Part shown: piece after piece, positions 63,601-64,000 of the stretch
How the letters are laid out: the number at the start of each line of letters is the position of its first letter
How positions within the stretch are numbered: position 1 is the first letter of the stretch
DNA from: Fimbriosthenelais zetlandica
Taxonomy: Eukaryota
Assembly: GCA_977030845.1 (NCBI GenBank)
Contig: OZ365109.1
Span: forward strand, 57,040,001-57,104,000
DNA length: 64,000 nucleotides
Reading direction: 5' to 3'
Position numbers and translations under genes: made by a program
Notes under the pieces: model-generated
Database searches by the model: none
Told to the model about the DNA's origin: nothing
What the model saw: only the letters and a program-made list of their open reading frames with translations

Positions 63601-64000
63601 ACATATCGCAGTTTTCATTAGAAATTCCTTTTCGAGACAAAAAGGTTTGGAAAGGTGCGTCACCAAGGAGAAAGTGCCTCTTATTTGGCTCCTGTAACTT
63701 GCCTTTAAAATAATGGCTTCGAATTGTGTAACCAAAGTCCGACAGAATGGGCTGAGTTAATTGACAATTTACAATCCAGGGGAAGTATGCAATAATGCCG
63801 AATATTCATTACAATGTAATTATGACCATGCAGCTTCAATTACACATACATGTTTTATGGTCCCCAGTTCTGCCATCTCTCGCAAGAAGCCACTCTATTA
63901 CTAAGTTAATATCTCTCTAATCATAAATATTACCCAATTATTTTCCATTATTTCCTGGATAATAATCATATCTGTTTGAAACTTCCATTTTCCTTGTACT

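Noticed and set aside
56-63713. Most ORFs in the supplied six-frame track (for example 56-430, 8997-9437, 18105-18473, 31482-31886, 33700-34128, 49786-50184)
   Set aside because: They are short, overlap on both strands, lack recognisable domains or consistent splice phase, and have lengths expected by chance in ~40% GC non-coding DNA.

Overview
This is eukaryotic, metazoan-type genomic DNA, roughly 40% GC by eye and almost entirely non-coding. Frequent TACATGTA and TAGGCCTA motifs suggest a marine invertebrate (inference only). There are no operons, rRNA, tRNA or CRISPR arrays that I can see, and nearly all ORFs in the supplied track look spurious. Three phase-compatible GT-AG exons on the + strand (5599-5862, 6334-6473, 10597-10726) encode part of a REJ domain, so they belong to a polycystin-1/REJ-family gene. 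I found no recognisable continuation in the remaining ~53 kb. A ~6.05-kb AT-rich DNA transposon (52144-58188) has perfect 14-bp CCC-ended TIRs, a TA duplication, subterminal tandem arrays at both ends and a decayed multi-exon gene on the - strand, which fits the CMC/EnSpm type. A small nested-inverted-repeat element follows at ~58.6-58.96 kb. The non-coding DNA carries several homotypic clusters of RFX X-box motifs, most strikingly four in tandem at 37687-37746. It also has an ETS quartet, a strong CTCF motif, an orphan CpG-dense patch and a 22-mer 19/22 identical to miR-10 but lacking a good hairpin. I cannot support a wholly new biological system from sequence alone. The best leads are the transposon architecture and the RFX-clustered landscape around a polycystin/REJ gene.
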